The translations under genes were made by a program, and so were the position numbers. A stretch of 62,906 bases of DNA, counting the filler, from Octopus bimaculoides (lineage: Eukaryota): NCBI RefSeq assembly GCF_001194135.2. It is 3 parts of 3 records of this genome, joined end to end, with 100 filler letters (N's around TTAATTAATTAA, not from the genome) between each part and the next. Parts side by side here need not be neighbours in the genome. Positions count along the whole stretch, not along the records: positions 12,608 to 41,244 come from NC_068985.1; positions 41,345 to 62,906 come from NC_068986.1; 1 more part is not named here. One strand, written 5' to 3'. The notes beneath the pieces are model-generated. The model was not told where the DNA came from and did no database searches. It saw only the letters and a program-made list of their open reading frames with translations. Of the stretch, positions 37,143 through 51,795 are shown in pieces (position 1 is the stretch's first letter; every line of letters starts with the position of its first letter).

Positions 37143-38695
37143 GTCCAGGTTATAATGTTGCAGAAAATAACTTAACCTCTTAACATATCATCCGGTATAT
37201 TTTCATTCAGCGATGTCAAATAAATAAATATCTGAACGAAAATATACATTCATTGTACTCAATATTCTTTTCTACTCTAGGCACAAGGCCCGTAATTTTT
37301 GAGGAGCGGGTGGTTGGGGGCAGTAGATTAGATCGACCCCAGTATGCAACCAGTACTTAATTTATTAACCCCCGTAAAGGATGAAAGGCAAAGTCGACCT
37401 AGGCAGAATTTGAACTCAGACAGACGAAATACCGCTAAGCATTTCGCCTGGCATGCCAACGATTCTGCCAGCTCGGCACCTTCACTGTACTCAATATTAT
37501 CTGTCGCTTATTTCTAACCTGAAATACTTCGTTCATGATATTATTCCTATTTTCTGTCGTTAGCTATCAGTAACTATCATTTCTGTCAGTAACTTCATAA
37601 NNNNNNNNNNNNNNNNNNNNNNNNNNNNNNNNNNNNNNNNNNNNNNNNNNNNNNNNNNNNNNNNNNNNNNNNNNNNNNNNNNNNNNNNNNNNNNNNNNNN
37701 NNNNNNNNNNNNNNNNNNNNNNNNNNNNNNNNNNNNNNNNNNNNNNNNNNNNNNNNNNNNNNNNNNNNNNNNNNNNNNNNNNNNNNNNNNNNNNNNNNNN
37801 NNNNNNNNNNNNNNNNNNNNNNNNNNNNNNNNNNNNNNNNNNNNNNNNNNNNNNNNNNNNNNNNNNNNNNNNNNNNNNNNNNNNNNNNNNNNNNNNNNNN
37901 NNNNNNNNNNNNNNNNNNNNNNNNNNNNNNNNNNNNNNNNNNNNNNNNNNNNNNNNNNNNNNNNNNNNNNNNNNNNNNNNNNNNNNNNNNNNNNNNNNNA
38001 TCTCTCAAATCACACCCTAATCTTCTTAACCAAAATTAAAAATAATATTAACCTTTTAGTATTTAGATTATTCTACCAAATGTGATGCTTATTTATTCAC
38101 CTAGTATTGAGTTAATCCTGCATTATCTCGTAGCTGTGAGATTTCTGTGATATGAATCTTTACTTTGGAAATGATATTGTGGGTTAGGTTTAAGAGGCTG
38201 GATCTGAATGCTTTTGAACATAAAATTGGTCAAATATTTAGGGTGGAAATGGCTACTTTGAATGCTAAAATGTTAAACAATGTAGTCCAAGAAACACTTA
38301 AGGAGGAGATTGTTGTAATTTAAACTCATTGATCATAAGATTGCTCAGTCAGAGCAATAATAACATTCCCAGTAGGCTGGACAGTAAAGCTGATCTCTGC
38401 AGGATTTGAACTCAGTTCTCCTCAATAAGATTAAATATTTTTTAATTGTTTCAGTGATTGGACTGCAGCCATGCTGGGGCACTGCCTTGTTGGGTTTTAG
38501 TCAAATAAATTGACCCTGGTGATTATTTTAAAGTCTGGTATTTATCTTTTATTTATTAGCCCTTTGGTGAACTACTAGGTCACAGGCCTGCAAACATAGT
38601 AACATTAGCAATCAAGTGGTATGTGGGAGGTACACACAGACACAAAGACACACATACATCTGCATACATACATTTATATGCACACACACATACAC

Positions 38696-38736
<41 letters not shown>

Positions 38737-39305
38737 TGTGAGTGTGTGTGCAATATGCTTTCTGTCAACCAAATTCACTCACAAAGCATTTGTCAGCCAG
38801 GGCTATTTTAAAAGACACTTACCCTAGGTACCACACAACAGTACTGAATCCAAAATCATGTGTTCCTAAAGGGATCTTCTTAACCACAGCCTGAGTCGAC
38901 ATACAACACTAAAATTCAATAAAATTTTGTATAAATCTTCCAACAGAGCATCATTTTCCTTTTAGCTCAACATACAATATATTGCTCAACATTCACATTA
39001 ATTTTCTTCCTTATATAGCAGATTATACTGTGTATTCTACCTTTATATACACCCACACCTGTAGAATTGTACCTACCTTCCTGCTTATCTTCTTTCACAC
39101 ATTTATATTTACAGAGAAGACAAGCTTTTTTTTCTGAAGTTCAAGGTTTCATACAAAGAGGAGAACCTGAAAGCATATATTAGACAAACATTTAAGCCTT
39201 GAACAGACAAACACAGGAAAGCACGCATACGCCTCACACATATATAAAAGTTCATATATATTTGCATATACGTACACACACACATTATATTTCTATTCAC
39301 ATGTA

Positions 39306-39339
<34 letters not shown>

Positions 39340-39674
39340 AATAGACAGACAGGCAGAGAAATAAGTAAAGAAATAACAGAGAGACGAAGAGAGAGAGAGA
39401 GAGTGATAACTATTCAGATACACAGACATATAGTGAGTAGGAAATCTTGTAAGGTAAAAGATTATAGTTAAACCAAAGTTTAAGAACAGGAAACAGAAAT
39501 ACCAATAATATACATAAAACCATACATGTATGAATGTATGTATGTATGTATGTATGTATGTATGTATGTATGTATGTATGTATGTGTGTATGTGTGTATG
39601 TATGTATGCATGTATGTATGCATGCTTGCATGCATGTGTGTATGTATGTATATACGTATGATTGTATGTGTGTA

Positions 39675-40056
39675 GTGGAGGCGCAATGGCCCAGTGGTTA
39701 GGGCAGCGGACTCGCGGTCATAGGGTCGCGGTTTCGATTCCCAGACCGGGCGTTGTGAGTGTTTATTGAGCGAAAACACCTAAAGCTCCACGAGGCTCCG
39801 GCAGGGGATGGTGGCGAACCCTGCTGTACTCTTTCACCACAACTTTCTCTCACTCTTACTTCCTGTTTCTGTTGTGCCTGTAATTCAAAGGGCCAGCCTT
39901 GTCACACTGTGTCATGCTGAATATCCCCGAGAACTACGTTAAGGGCACACGTGTCTGTGGAGTGCTCAGCCACTTGCACGTTAATTTCATGAGCAGGCTG
40001 TTCTGTTGATCGGATCAACTGGAACCCTCGACGTCATAAGCGACAACATGCCAACA
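39675..40056 (+). mobile_element. Same young SINE family
   Basis: Full-length match to 14334-14724 with several CpG transitions. Confidence 0.88.
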
Positions 40057-40480
40057 CACAACATGTATCTGTGCATGTATATATGCATGCATGCTTGCAT
40101 GTATGTATGTATGCGTGTATGTATGTATGCGTGTATGTATGCGTGTATGTATGCATGTATGTATGCATGTATGTATGCATGTATATATGTATGTATGTAT
40201 GTATTTATGCATGGATGCTCTTCCTAACGCCAACCACTCCGAGAGTGCAGTGGGTGCTTTTACGTGCCACCGGCATGAAGATCCAGTCAGGCGGTACTGG
40301 CAACGGCCATGCTCAAAATGGTGTATTTTACGTGCCACCTGCACAGGAGCCAGTCCAGCAGCACTGGTAACGACCTCGCTCGAATGTTTTTTCACGTGCC
40401 ACCAGCATAAGTGCCAGTAAGGCAACGCTGGTAACAATCACGCTCAAATGGTGCTATTATATATTTATAAATATGAATAT

Positions 40481-40526
<46 letters not shown>

Positions 40527-40536
40527 NNNNNNNNNN

Positions 40537-40577
<41 letters not shown>

Positions 40578-41205
40578 TGTATCTTTTTGTCTGTATTTGT
40601 TCCCCGTAGCTGCTTGACAATTAAGGTTCATGTATTTACATCCTTATAACCTACCAGTTCAGCAAAAGAGCCTAATACAATAAGTACTGGGGTCAATATA
40701 TTCAACTAAAACCCTTCAAGGCAGTACCCCAGCATGGCTGCAATCCAGTGACTGAAACAAGTGAGAGGTAGAAAAAAAGTTACATAAGCATACATGCACT
40801 TATGAACTATATGGAGATTTCCAGCAAACCTGTTGATCTGCTAGTATGTTACCATCTTTGAAACCCAAAATGTGGGGTGTGACTGCTTAAATCTAGTCAA
40901 ACAGCTGTATAGAGAAGCTACTGTTACTCTTTACACTAAAATTTTGATTACTTCTAATTACTTCGTGCTGTGTTATTGGCCATCCTCTAATAAGAGAATT
41001 CAAATATTATTTTAACACTGTATTTACCAGACTCTTAATACTCTTTTAAAAAACACTTTATGGCATTGACACACACACATCTGTGTATTCCCATGTATTT
41101 TCTTGGGAGATGGTGTATGTGCACATATGCATATCATACGCATGTGTTTGTCTGTTTGTAAATGGCGGTTTATAATAAAGAATGAATATATATATGTATG
41201 TATGC

Positions 41206-41244
<39 letters not shown>

Positions 41245-41606
41245 NNNNNNNNNNNNNNNNNNNNNNNNNNNNNNNNNNNNNNNNNNNNTTAATTAATTAA
41301 NNNNNNNNNNNNNNNNNNNNNNNNNNNNNNNNNNNNNNNNNNNNTCTTGTTTTTACTTTTGTGAGTTACAAGTGATGCTATCTGTGAGATTCTCAGCTTT
41401 TTTAGCTGCTATTTTCTGAACTTCGGTATATGGTGAAGCAAATATTTTGCTGATCCCTTAATTATATTTATAAATATATGAACTTTTGAATAAGTTCTCC
41501 ACCAATAATGGTGCTTTTATACCGATGGGCTTGGTAAAAAATTATTAATTGTTAATTGATTTATTAATTAATAAATTGATAACCCTTTACCCTTTTTAAT
41601 TTGTAA

Positions 41607-41638
<32 letters not shown>

Positions 41639-41775
41639 CAAACATACAAACATACATATTGTATATATATAACCCAATATGTATGTGTATATATATATAT
41701 ACACACAGACACACACACACACACATATATATATATACATACATACATACAAACATACATACAAACATACATATT

Positions 41776-42200
41776 GGGTCATCCCATAAATAATGTGGTT
41801 TTTTCAATTGCATAAATTGAAAGTTGGAGGTGGGCAGGATGAACTATCTACATCAACTTACTATAAAGGTATATAGTAATTTTACCATGTCCTTATTCTT
41901 AATGCAAGTTTTGAAGAGTGTAGTTCGTTTTTAACAGTTATCTTTTGAAATGTATATTGGAAATGACAAAAGATCATATTCGGCATACTTTGCTTTATGA
42001 GTTCAATAAAGGCAACAACACAACAAAAGTACAAGGAATATTAATGCAGTATATGGGGATTGGACAATAAGCATAAGCCATTGTTAATGGTGGTTCCAGA
42101 AATTCTGAGCCAGAAACTACAGCCTAAAAGAAGAGCCTCATCCTGGAAGATCTGTAGAGCTTGACGAAGACATCCGGCAAACCCTGGTGGAACTAAATAC
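41776..42200 (+). mobile_element. Mariner 5' half (GGGTCATCCCATAAAT TIR family)
   Basis: TIR, then LLYEFNKG...RNINAVYGD...RWFQKF.ARNYSLKEEPHPGRSVE. Confidence 0.8.
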
Positions 42201-42489
42201 GATACCAATGCTGCTGCCTTCTTTGCACATTATTATCTGATTCTTCATATACTTTGATCATTTCCCAGTTCATCTGTACCAAGCTACTCATGTATTGTGT
42301 TTTTAAGCACAGCATGTTCATAAGAGATGAACATTGAAGAACTACGGGGCTGTGTTGACCTCAAGTTCAGCTTTGGTATGTTTCTGATAGCAGGATGTCC
42401 TTCCCAATACCAACCACTTTACAGTATGTACCCTATCACCAAGTCTAGCTGCTAAGTAAATAGGTGATGGGGAGTATTTAACGGTGGGA

Positions 42490-42690
42490 GGTGGCCTTAT
42501 GCCAAGGCTTGCGTATCCCTTGTATGGCCCTCACAAGCCATTTATCAGCTCCTAGCTTTCACAGAAACCAATGTATCATAGAGCAAGGGACCCTGTCAAA
42601 GGCTTTCTCCAGATCAATGAATGCCAAGTACAGTGGTTTATTTTCAGCTAGATACTTCTGCAGTCTTATTAAAAAGATAGCATTAATAGT
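42490..42690 (-). mobile_element. RTE RT fragment
   Basis: AIFLIR..QKYLAENKPLYLAFIDLEKAFDRVP. Confidence 0.85.
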
Positions 42691-43364
42691 ACTTCTCTCT
42701 CTATATATGTAATGTACAAATCTACAACATTAATATATATATAATGAACATATCTACATTATAAATATATATCATGTATACATATATCTGTGAGTGTGTA
42801 TGTATGTGTTTGCGTATATGTTAGTACACACGCACCTATATACACTCAAATGTTGTTACAGGCACATAAATATATGTATAAAACATTACACATCAAAGCA
42901 GCAGCGTCATCTGACCAGACATTAATGCACACATTCTACTACGGTTTACATCAATTCATGATAAATGCAGCAAACCTCATCACGACCATCACAGACATCA
43001 ATAACAGTAACAATTGTAGCTTTTGCTACAATCTCAGTAATGATCAGTGATAAAATTGGGACAGGTTATCAAATGTTACACTTCACTTATTTGATAAGAT
43101 TCAATCTTGAAGCTGTAAATCACTTAACTACATGTCCATCAACTTAATCCTTTAACATTGTAGCACTAGTGATGGTTGTGAACTTATGACAAACATGAAG
43201 GCTATGAAGAAAAATGACACTTTATACGATTGGTAAACCTGACAATATACTGAACAGATATGCATGTGTGTATGTGTGTGTGTGTGTGTTTGTGTATATA
43301 TGAATGTGTGTTTGTGTATGTATGAATGTGTATGTGTGTGTGTGTGTGTGTGCACGCATGAATA

Positions 43365-44760
43365 TGAGGTGCACTCAAAAAATGTTCGACCTATGGGTAT
43401 AAAAAAAAAACAATTTTGTACATTTCACAAATTTTATTTAATTGCTTTTAAAATAATCTCCTTGGGAGTTCACACACTTCACCCAGCAGTTCTCCTACTA
43501 CTGTTAACAGCTCTCGAAGATCACCTCTGGAATCATATGCTGCTCCAACATTGCTTCTCTAATAATTTCCTCTCACTAATCAAGTCACTTCCATTTCAGT
43601 ATGGTTTTCTGTTTGGGGAAGAGCCAGAAGTCACATGGTACTAAGTTGGAAAAGTAGGGAACCTGTCAAACAAGTGTTGTGTTGTTGTTGACCAGGATAA
43701 CTTGGATTATGTGGGCAGAATGAGTGGATGCATTGTTGTGGTGAAGTTGCTGATTCTTCGCAGCCTATACGTCTGGTTGCTTTTGATGCATGACATTATG
43801 AAGGCAGTGCATAACCTTCAAGTGGTATTTCTTATTCATTGTTTGGCCTTGTGGTGTGTATTCATAATGCACAATACTACAGGAGCCAAACAGACAGGTC
43901 AACCTTACCTTCATGTTGCTGCAAACCTATCATGTTGTTTTGTGCCTTCCATTGGGAGGACTGGAACTTGGTTTCTAGGTCATAACCATAAACCTGTCTC
44001 ATCCCCAGTGATGATGGTCTTCATGCAGTCTAGATCATGGGTTGCACAGTCCAGCATGTCCTGCACAGTTTCCATGTGGAGTTGCTTCTGCTGTTGTGCC
44101 AGCACTATCACAACAAATTTTATCGATATTATCCACAAGTACAAATTGCCAGTCAAAATGAAATGCACTGATTCCCACTTCATGAGCAATTTCTTGTATT
44201 GTTACATGATGGTCTTCCAATTGGTTTCTTGACCCAATTTGCTGACTTTTCCGATGGCACACAGGTGTTGATGAATGGTTGGATGACCAAATCCAAGCTT
44301 CTCTGCTAGTTCCTCAACAGTTACAATAGAATTTTGTTCCACCAGGGTTTGCAGGATGTCCTTGTTGATCTCTACAGATCTTTCAGGATGAGGCTCTTCT
44401 TTTAGGCTGTAGTTTCCAGCTCGGAATTTCATTTCTGGAACCACCGTTGACAGTGGCTTATGCTTATTGCCCAATCCCCATATACTGCATTAATATTCCT
44501 CACACTCTTCATTGCATTGTTGCCTTTATTGAACTCATAAAGCAAAATATGCCAAATATACTCCTTTGTCACTTCCATTATAACTTTGAAAAAATGACTG
44601 TTAAAATCGAACTGCACCCTTCAAAACTTGCACTACAAATAAGGACAAGGTAAAATGACTACCTGCTTTTATAGCAAGCTAATGGAGGTAGTTTATCCCA
44701 TCCCCCTCCGACCTTTAGTTCATGCAATTGAAAAAAACCGCATTATTTCTGGGATGACTC
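43365..44760 (-). mobile_element. Two adjacent or nested mariner relics
   Basis: 44200-44760: same family as 41776, ending in TIR ttatttctgggatgactc. 43365-44190: KTIITGDETG..., LEDHHVTIQEIAHEVGIS. Confidence 0.8.
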
Positions 44761-45085
44761 AATAAATATATGTGTATATATGCACACACATGACAGGCTT
44801 CTTTCAGTTTCTGTCAACCAAACCTACTCACAAAACTTTGGTCACACTTATTAGCAAATGAAACATGAGTAATGGTGAATAATTAATGGTGAAAATTTTT
44901 CCAATCTCCTCTTTTGATATATGTATGTACATCTGATTTAAGTGTGTATTATATGTATTATGTATGTATGGATGGATAGACAGATAGAAATAGATGATAG
45001 ATAGATATTTACACACATGCACACACGTGTGTGTGTGTGTGTGTGTGTGTATGTATATATGTGTACACACACACAAACACACATA

Positions 45086-45124
<39 letters not shown>

Positions 45125-46539
45125 TTGTATTCTTTTACTTTTATTCTTTTGCTTGTTTCGTTTTTTTGTTTCTGTTATTTGACTGTGGCTGTGCTAGAGC
45201 ACCACCTTTAGTCAAACAAATTGACCCCAGGACTTATTTATTGTAAGCCTAGTACTATTCTATCAGTCTCTTTTTGGGAACATAAACACACCAGCATTGA
45301 TTGTCAAGTGGCGGTGGGGGAACAAACACAGATATGCACACACAAATATATACATATATAATATGTATATATTTGTGTGTGCCTGAGGTCAATTTGTTTC
45401 ATATATATATATATATATATTGCACCACCCATGTTAGCATGGAAGGCAGATGTTAAACGATGATGATGATATGAGAGGCATCTTCCAGTTTCAATCTACC
45501 AAATCCACTCACAAGGCTATAGTAGTTGGCCCAAGGCTATAGTAGATGACACTTGCCCAAGGTGCCACACAGTGGGCCTGAACCTGGAACTATGTGGTTG
45601 GAAAGCAAGCTTCTTACCACACGACCACGCCTGCACCTAGATATATGTCTATCAGCTTCTAAACTCTATCCTTGTGTGAAGCTATGTTTTGCCATAGGTG
45701 GACAGGTCCTCTGTAGTACTGTATAATTACCAATCAGTACAGTAATTTGTCATCTGCTCTGTGAAATGCAGTATCTTAAGGTCAGCCTTCACTACTTCAT
45801 TGTAAGTCTTCTTTCGCCTCCCATTTCTGTAGGTTCTGCTAATTTAGAGTCATTGGCACATCTTTATGTAGCAATCATCCTTTATATGTGTCATTTTTCT
45901 CTCTTGTACACAGCACCTGATTTCTCTTACACCCAGTATTTTCTTTCAGCTGATTTGTATTCTGATATTTATGCATACTAACATTATATATTTATTGGTT
46001 TATACTTGCCTCATTTCTTCTTGATCTTCATGTCTTACTATCATGCATCCTTGCAGTTTTAATGTAAACGTCATACAAGTTACCCTTCAATCTGAGGAAG
46101 AAAATCTTCATTACCAACAGTAGTAATAATAGTACCCTGAACTTTTACCAACCTATTCTTTCCTTGGCTAAAATATGTCTAAACAACCACCTCTCTGCTA
46201 TATGTGAGCTAGCTGGGTGTTTAAGGGAATCAATTTACAGTGTACCAGCATGTGTATTGCTCCAGTACATTTGGCACATGCACACACATGCATGCACCCC
46301 CCATACCACACATACACCCATATACACACACTATATCATCATCATTATGATTTAAACATCCATGATCCATGGCTTCCATAATTTGACAGTATTTGATGTG
46401 TCCAAGGACTGTATTATACCCCAGTGTGTATATATAAATGTATATGTATATGCATATTATCTATCTATCTATCTATTTATCTATTTGTCTATCTATATCG
46501 TCATCATTTAACATCTGCTTTCCATGTGGGTATGCCCTT

Positions 46540-46880
46540 CCTAACGCCAACCACTCCAATAAGTGTAGAGGGTGCTTTTATGTGCCTCTGGCATGGGAGC
46601 CAGTCAGGTAGCACTGACATTGGCCACACTTAAATGGTGCTTTTTACATGCCACCAGCATGGGTGCTAATCAGGCGGCACTGGCATCAATCATGCTTGAA
46701 TGGTGCTTTGTACATGCCACTGGCATCGGTCATGCTCGAATGGTGCTTTTTACAAGCCATTGGCACAGGTACCAGGTAGGCAGCACTGTCATCGGCCATA
46801 ACTACGATTTCACTCAGTTCAACAGGTCTTCACTAGTATGGCGTATTGCCTGATGATTGAAGGGTGCTAGTATCAGCCAC
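46540..46880 (+). repeat. Modular dispersed repeat with ~40-bp internal subrepeats; copy at about 40215-40450
   Basis: cttcctaacgccaaccactcc...ggtgctttttac(g/a)tgccac subunits. Confidence 0.7.
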
Positions 46881-47430
46881 GACTATGATCTCACTTGGCT
46901 TGCCAAGTCTTCTCTATCTCAGCATATCTTCAAAGGTCTCAGTCGCTTGTCATTGCCTCTGTGAGGCCCAATGTCTGAAGGTCACACTTCACCACCTCAT
47001 CCCATGTCTTCCTGGGTCTACCTCTCCCACATGTTCCCTCCACTGTTAGAGTGTGACACTTCTTCACACAGCTATCCTCATCCATATGCACCACATGACC
47101 ATACCAGCATAGTTGTCTCTCTTGCACACCATATCTGATGTTTCCTATGTACAACTTTTCTCTTAGGGTGCTTATACTCTGTTATGCTTCACCATCTCAT
47201 CCCATGTCTTTCTGGGTCTACTTCTTCTGCAGGTTCCCTCCACTGTTAGGCTGTGACACTTCTTCACACAGCTATCCTCATTCATATGCACCACATGACC
47301 ATACCAGCACAGTTGTCTCTCTTGCACACCACGTCTCATGCATTTTATGTTCAACTTTTCTCTCAGGGTGCTTATACTCTGTCGTGTATGCACACTGCCA
47401 TTGCACATCAAACAGAGCATACTAACTTCA
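46880..47430 (-). mobile_element. Tandem RTE 3' fragments; other copies at about 45720-45960 (-), 56330-57400 (+), 57740-58270 (-)
   Basis: RYGVQERQLCWYGHVVHMDEDSCVKKCHTLTVEGTCGRGRPRKTWDEVVK; PWELLYADDLVLLAES at about 56360. Confidence 0.85.
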
Positions 47431-49779
47431 TTTGTTTTTTCAAAGCCTATGCATGTTCTCAGCAGTTACAGCCCATGTCTTACTGCTATGGAGCATGGCT
47501 GCTCGCACACAGGCATCATACTGTCTACCTTTTACTCTGAGCGACAGGCCCTTTGCTACTAGTAGAGGTAGGAGCTCTCTGAACTTTGCCCAGGCTATTC
47601 TTATTCTAGAGTCTTTAACATTTCAAGCCAATGCTCTTCTACAAAAAGGAATGATAAAGAGAAAAAAAAAAACATCTTGAGTAATAGTTGCACATTTTGA
47701 ATTGATTGGAAGGAACGAAGTAATTGGAGACAAGGGTGACAAGGGAGACAACAGTAACCTGGCTAAAGTGTGAGCACAGAGGCATGTGTGTGCATGTGTG
47801 TATGGGCAAAGTGTGTGTATATGTGTATGTGAGCAAACATATGCATGAATATAAAGATTGTATGAGTGTGTGCATGTACGTGTGTTAATATGTGTGATGC
47901 ATGTGCAAGTATGTGCATGTATGTGGAGTGATGCGTGCATCATGTATTTATATGTGCATCTGTGTGTGAGTGGATGTGTGTGATGTGATCGTGTGAGGTT
48001 ATATAATGCATGTGTGTGTGAGGCTATCAGTTGTGTGTGTATGTGTTGGGGTGCAGACATGGGTGTAGCAGCTGATCTGAGCATGTATTTAATGTATATA
48101 TTCATTATTGATACATTCTGACAGTTTCAGATTATACTTTTGTTAGATTCTGTTCTGGGGTAGCTCTGACTGAGGAGATACACAATAAGGTTGAAATATT
48201 AGGTATTTTGAAGTTTGCATTCACCAGTGAATCACCTGAGACACCACAATAATTTCACTTTATTGTGTGTCATAAAAAGCTAACTGAAGTTCAAACATGA
48301 ACAAGATAAGCTGTTCCTGCTTCATCAAGGTAAGAAATATTCCTTGAACATGTGCTGAGTCTGAATGTAGCAAGCAACCTATCCAAACTATGCCAGCATA
48401 GAAAGCAGATATAAAATGATATGTGTGTGTGTACATAAACCCACACATATATACATGTGCATACATATGCATATATTATAATATATTATATTGGAAGAAT
48501 GGTTAACATTGCCAGGGAAACATAGAATACATTTGGTGACTAATTTGTTGAATGAGAATCATTGTAATTCTGCATAAATTTGTTATTCCAAGCACAATGT
48601 GTGTATTACTTGTGAGAGATATACATGTTACTTTTTTACTTCTTAAAATATTACTCACGTTTCAATGACCCACTATAAAAGAAAATAATACAATGCCATT
48701 ATAGCTATGACAACCCAGCCTGTATATTTTAAATATATGGAACATATATATTATATACAATAGATACACAATATATAGCAGTGCTGTGTAATAAACATCT
48801 GCCCTCATACCTTTTTAATTTATAATTTATTTAGAAATTATTTTCTGCCTTATACATCTGTTTTAAATACTGGAGAATATGATTGTGGTTAAAAAATTGA
48901 CACATTCAAGTTTTTCAAATATTTTACCTCTCCTGACCCTAAATTCTATACCATAGAACTTAGTAACGATTAAAGTGTTAGTAAGTTAGAAAGAAATCAG
49001 GACTTTTATATCATTAGTGTATGGTCTTGCTCAATATGCAGAAAAAGATAGGTAGGTAGGTAGGTCTGTATAAACTAAGGATGCACATAAGATGTAGTGG
49101 AATCACTGGGGCAATAAGAACTCAGAGAATACTGGAAATATATTCTCTTAAATGCTTGCCTCACTAGAAAGAAACGATAGTTTCTGTAATCTAAGTGGCA
49201 AATAAACAGTGGAGGTAGTTCTGAAAAAATAGTAGCCGTTTTAAGAATAGACTGAAAAAAGTCCAGGAAGCTTTTACCCAACAACAAAGATCTATTCCTT
49301 CAGAGAGATGGACAAAATGTATGATACTTGCATATGAGCTATGATTTTGCATGATAGTGAAATGTGGATTTGGTAGTCTATATGTCATATGGAACTAATC
49401 TTAAAATATTTTTGCACAAAATCCTACAGTGAATGTTTTCCATGTTCTGAAGCTGATTGAGCAATGGTACGTGGTTATTCCCGCCATAACCACATACCAT
49501 TTTTTTTGTATATCTATGACTGCATTGACCAATGTGTCCTTCATTTTGTAAGATGCTAACAAATGACTGGCAAGAAAGTTGATAAAAATGTCTGAGTAAA
49601 TCATTATTTTTCATGCACATGATGTATTTCCTACCTTACATATGTAGTCTATTGCAGTGTATAATACAATTAGACAACTAACAACTTAGAGAGATGTTAG
49701 TTTTATCTTTGCAATACATAGTAGGATATATATTTTTCATTTGGCCCAACCTTGACAGTTAGGCATTTAATTAAATCTG

Positions 49780-50450
49780 TCTACTAATGTAGTTGTTTTT
49801 TCCTTATCATTTAGTCAAAAGGAAGTGGGTAAAGCTTATAACATTTTCATTTCCTCTGAGATCAGTGAGATTGATTTGCTCTATATCCATCAGTAAGTTG
49901 ACATATGCAGGTAAAACACAGACAGGAAGAAATTTCACTATGGTTCTTATTAGCTGCATTTGCCAGAAACTTGCCAGAGACCTTGTACATCACACACCAT
50001 AGGAACGGTGGTAAAAGCAATTATATTGCTTATACCATCGACAAAGTTTCAGTTAATTTGACCAGAAAATCTAATGATGTTGTTCTTTGTTCTTCAACTA
50101 TTTTCCAGTTCGTGGATCAAATGTTTTGGTCAGTTTATGCCACTGTGACGTTTGCTGATGGGTACAATGTGTTTGCTTTTCTCATAACTCTGGTGTGACT
50201 CAAGCTTTGATTATATCTCCTACACTATTTCTTCTGAAAAGCATTCATTTTTTCATTTCTGACAACTTCTATGAAGATGATGCCAACTTGCATTCCTACC
50301 TAACTTTAGACATATAAATGTGAACTTCATGCAATTAGACACTTCACACCTCTATGAAGGTTTTTTTGCTGATGTCAACCTTGAAAATATCTTGCAATAA
50401 AGATGTCTAGAACAGTCCTTTCTAGTAGTAAAATGCACAATTAGTACACA
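49780..50450 (+). mobile_element. Highly decayed CR1-like RT remnant; further pieces at about 52080-52760
   Basis: SGVTQALIISPTLFL (GVPQGSxLxPxLF-like) and YEDDANL; KGFLFKARKY...LEYCAH at about 52380-52470. Confidence 0.55.
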
Positions 50451-50927
50451 TGTGAGTGCTGACTTGGTTGAGTGGCTAAGAAGTTAGCTTTGCAACTGTC
50501 TCATTCTAGATTCAATCTTATAGTGCAGCTGCTTGGATTACTGCTTTCTACCTTAGCTTCAGGTTGACTAATATCTTGCAAGTAGAATTTGGTAACTGGA
50601 AACTATGAAGCAGATCAAATATATATATATATATAATAATAATAATATTAGGGACAAAATCCAAAATTACAGGTAAAAACTCAATTAAAATCAATTTATA
50701 AAAAAAATTAAAATTAAATTGAACTTTACAGAGTAAAATATATATAAATATATAGTTTATTAATTTTTCTATATGTGACAGTGGATTTTCATCGATGAGT
50801 TCATGAACNNNNNNNNNNNNNNNNNNNNNNNNNNNNNNNNNNNNNNNNNNNNNNNNNNNNNNNNNNNNNNNNNNNNNNNNNNNNNNNNNNNNNNNNNNNN
50901 NNNNNNNGGTCATCCCATAAATGATGT

Positions 50928-51795
50928 GTCTTTTTATACTTCTCTTATTTTTCAAAATTAAGATAAACAATGTTCCTTTTTAATCTAAAATATACTCTCC
51001 TTCATTTTCTACAATGCTCTTCCATCTATCTGGTAGACTTACAAGGTCCCTTAATCAAAATTAACTTGTCCATGACAAAAATACTCCTCCAGGACTGTTC
51101 TGACCTCGTTTACAGAATTCATATTTTTTCTGTTCAAATGATTTTGAAGACTGCAGAATAAATGATAATCAGATGGGGCAATGTCCGGCGAATGTGTTGG
51201 GTGGGGCAAAAAAGGGTCATTCATGAGATGTGACAGGAAAGAAGAGCACACATTCACTCTGTGTGTGCAATTAGACTCAGAAACTTTGTGAGGAACCCAT
51301 TGACCTAATTTGCTGACTTTCTGATGGCATGCAGGTGTCGATGAATGGTTGAATGACTGAATCCAAGCTTCTCTGCTAATTCTTCAGTTATAAAGGGATT
51401 TTGTTCCACTAGGGTTTGCAGGACATCCTTGTCAAGCTCTACAGATCTTCCAGGATGAGGCTCATCTAGGCAATAGTTTCTGGATCAGGATTTCTGGAAC
51501 CACTACTGACATTGGCTTATGCTTATTGCCTGATCCCCATATACTGCATTAATATTCTTTTCACTTGCTGTTGTGTTGTTGCCTTTATTGAACTCATAAA
51601 GCAAAATATGCCGAATATGCTCCTTTGTCACTTCCATTATAGCTTTGAAAAAATAACTGTTAAAATCGAACTGCACTCATCAAAACTTGCACTAAGAATA
51701 AGTAAAATGACTACTTGCTTTTATAGCATGTTGATGTTGTTAGGTTATCCTGTCCCCTTCTGACTTTTAGCTCATGCAATTGAAAAAAAACTGTA
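50928..51795 (-). mobile_element. Internally deleted mariner (GGGTCATCCCATAAAT family)
   Basis: TIR at the gap edge; HPTHSPDIAPSDYHLFCSLQNHL (YSPDLAPSDYHLF motif); N-terminal LLYEFNKG. Confidence 0.85.
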
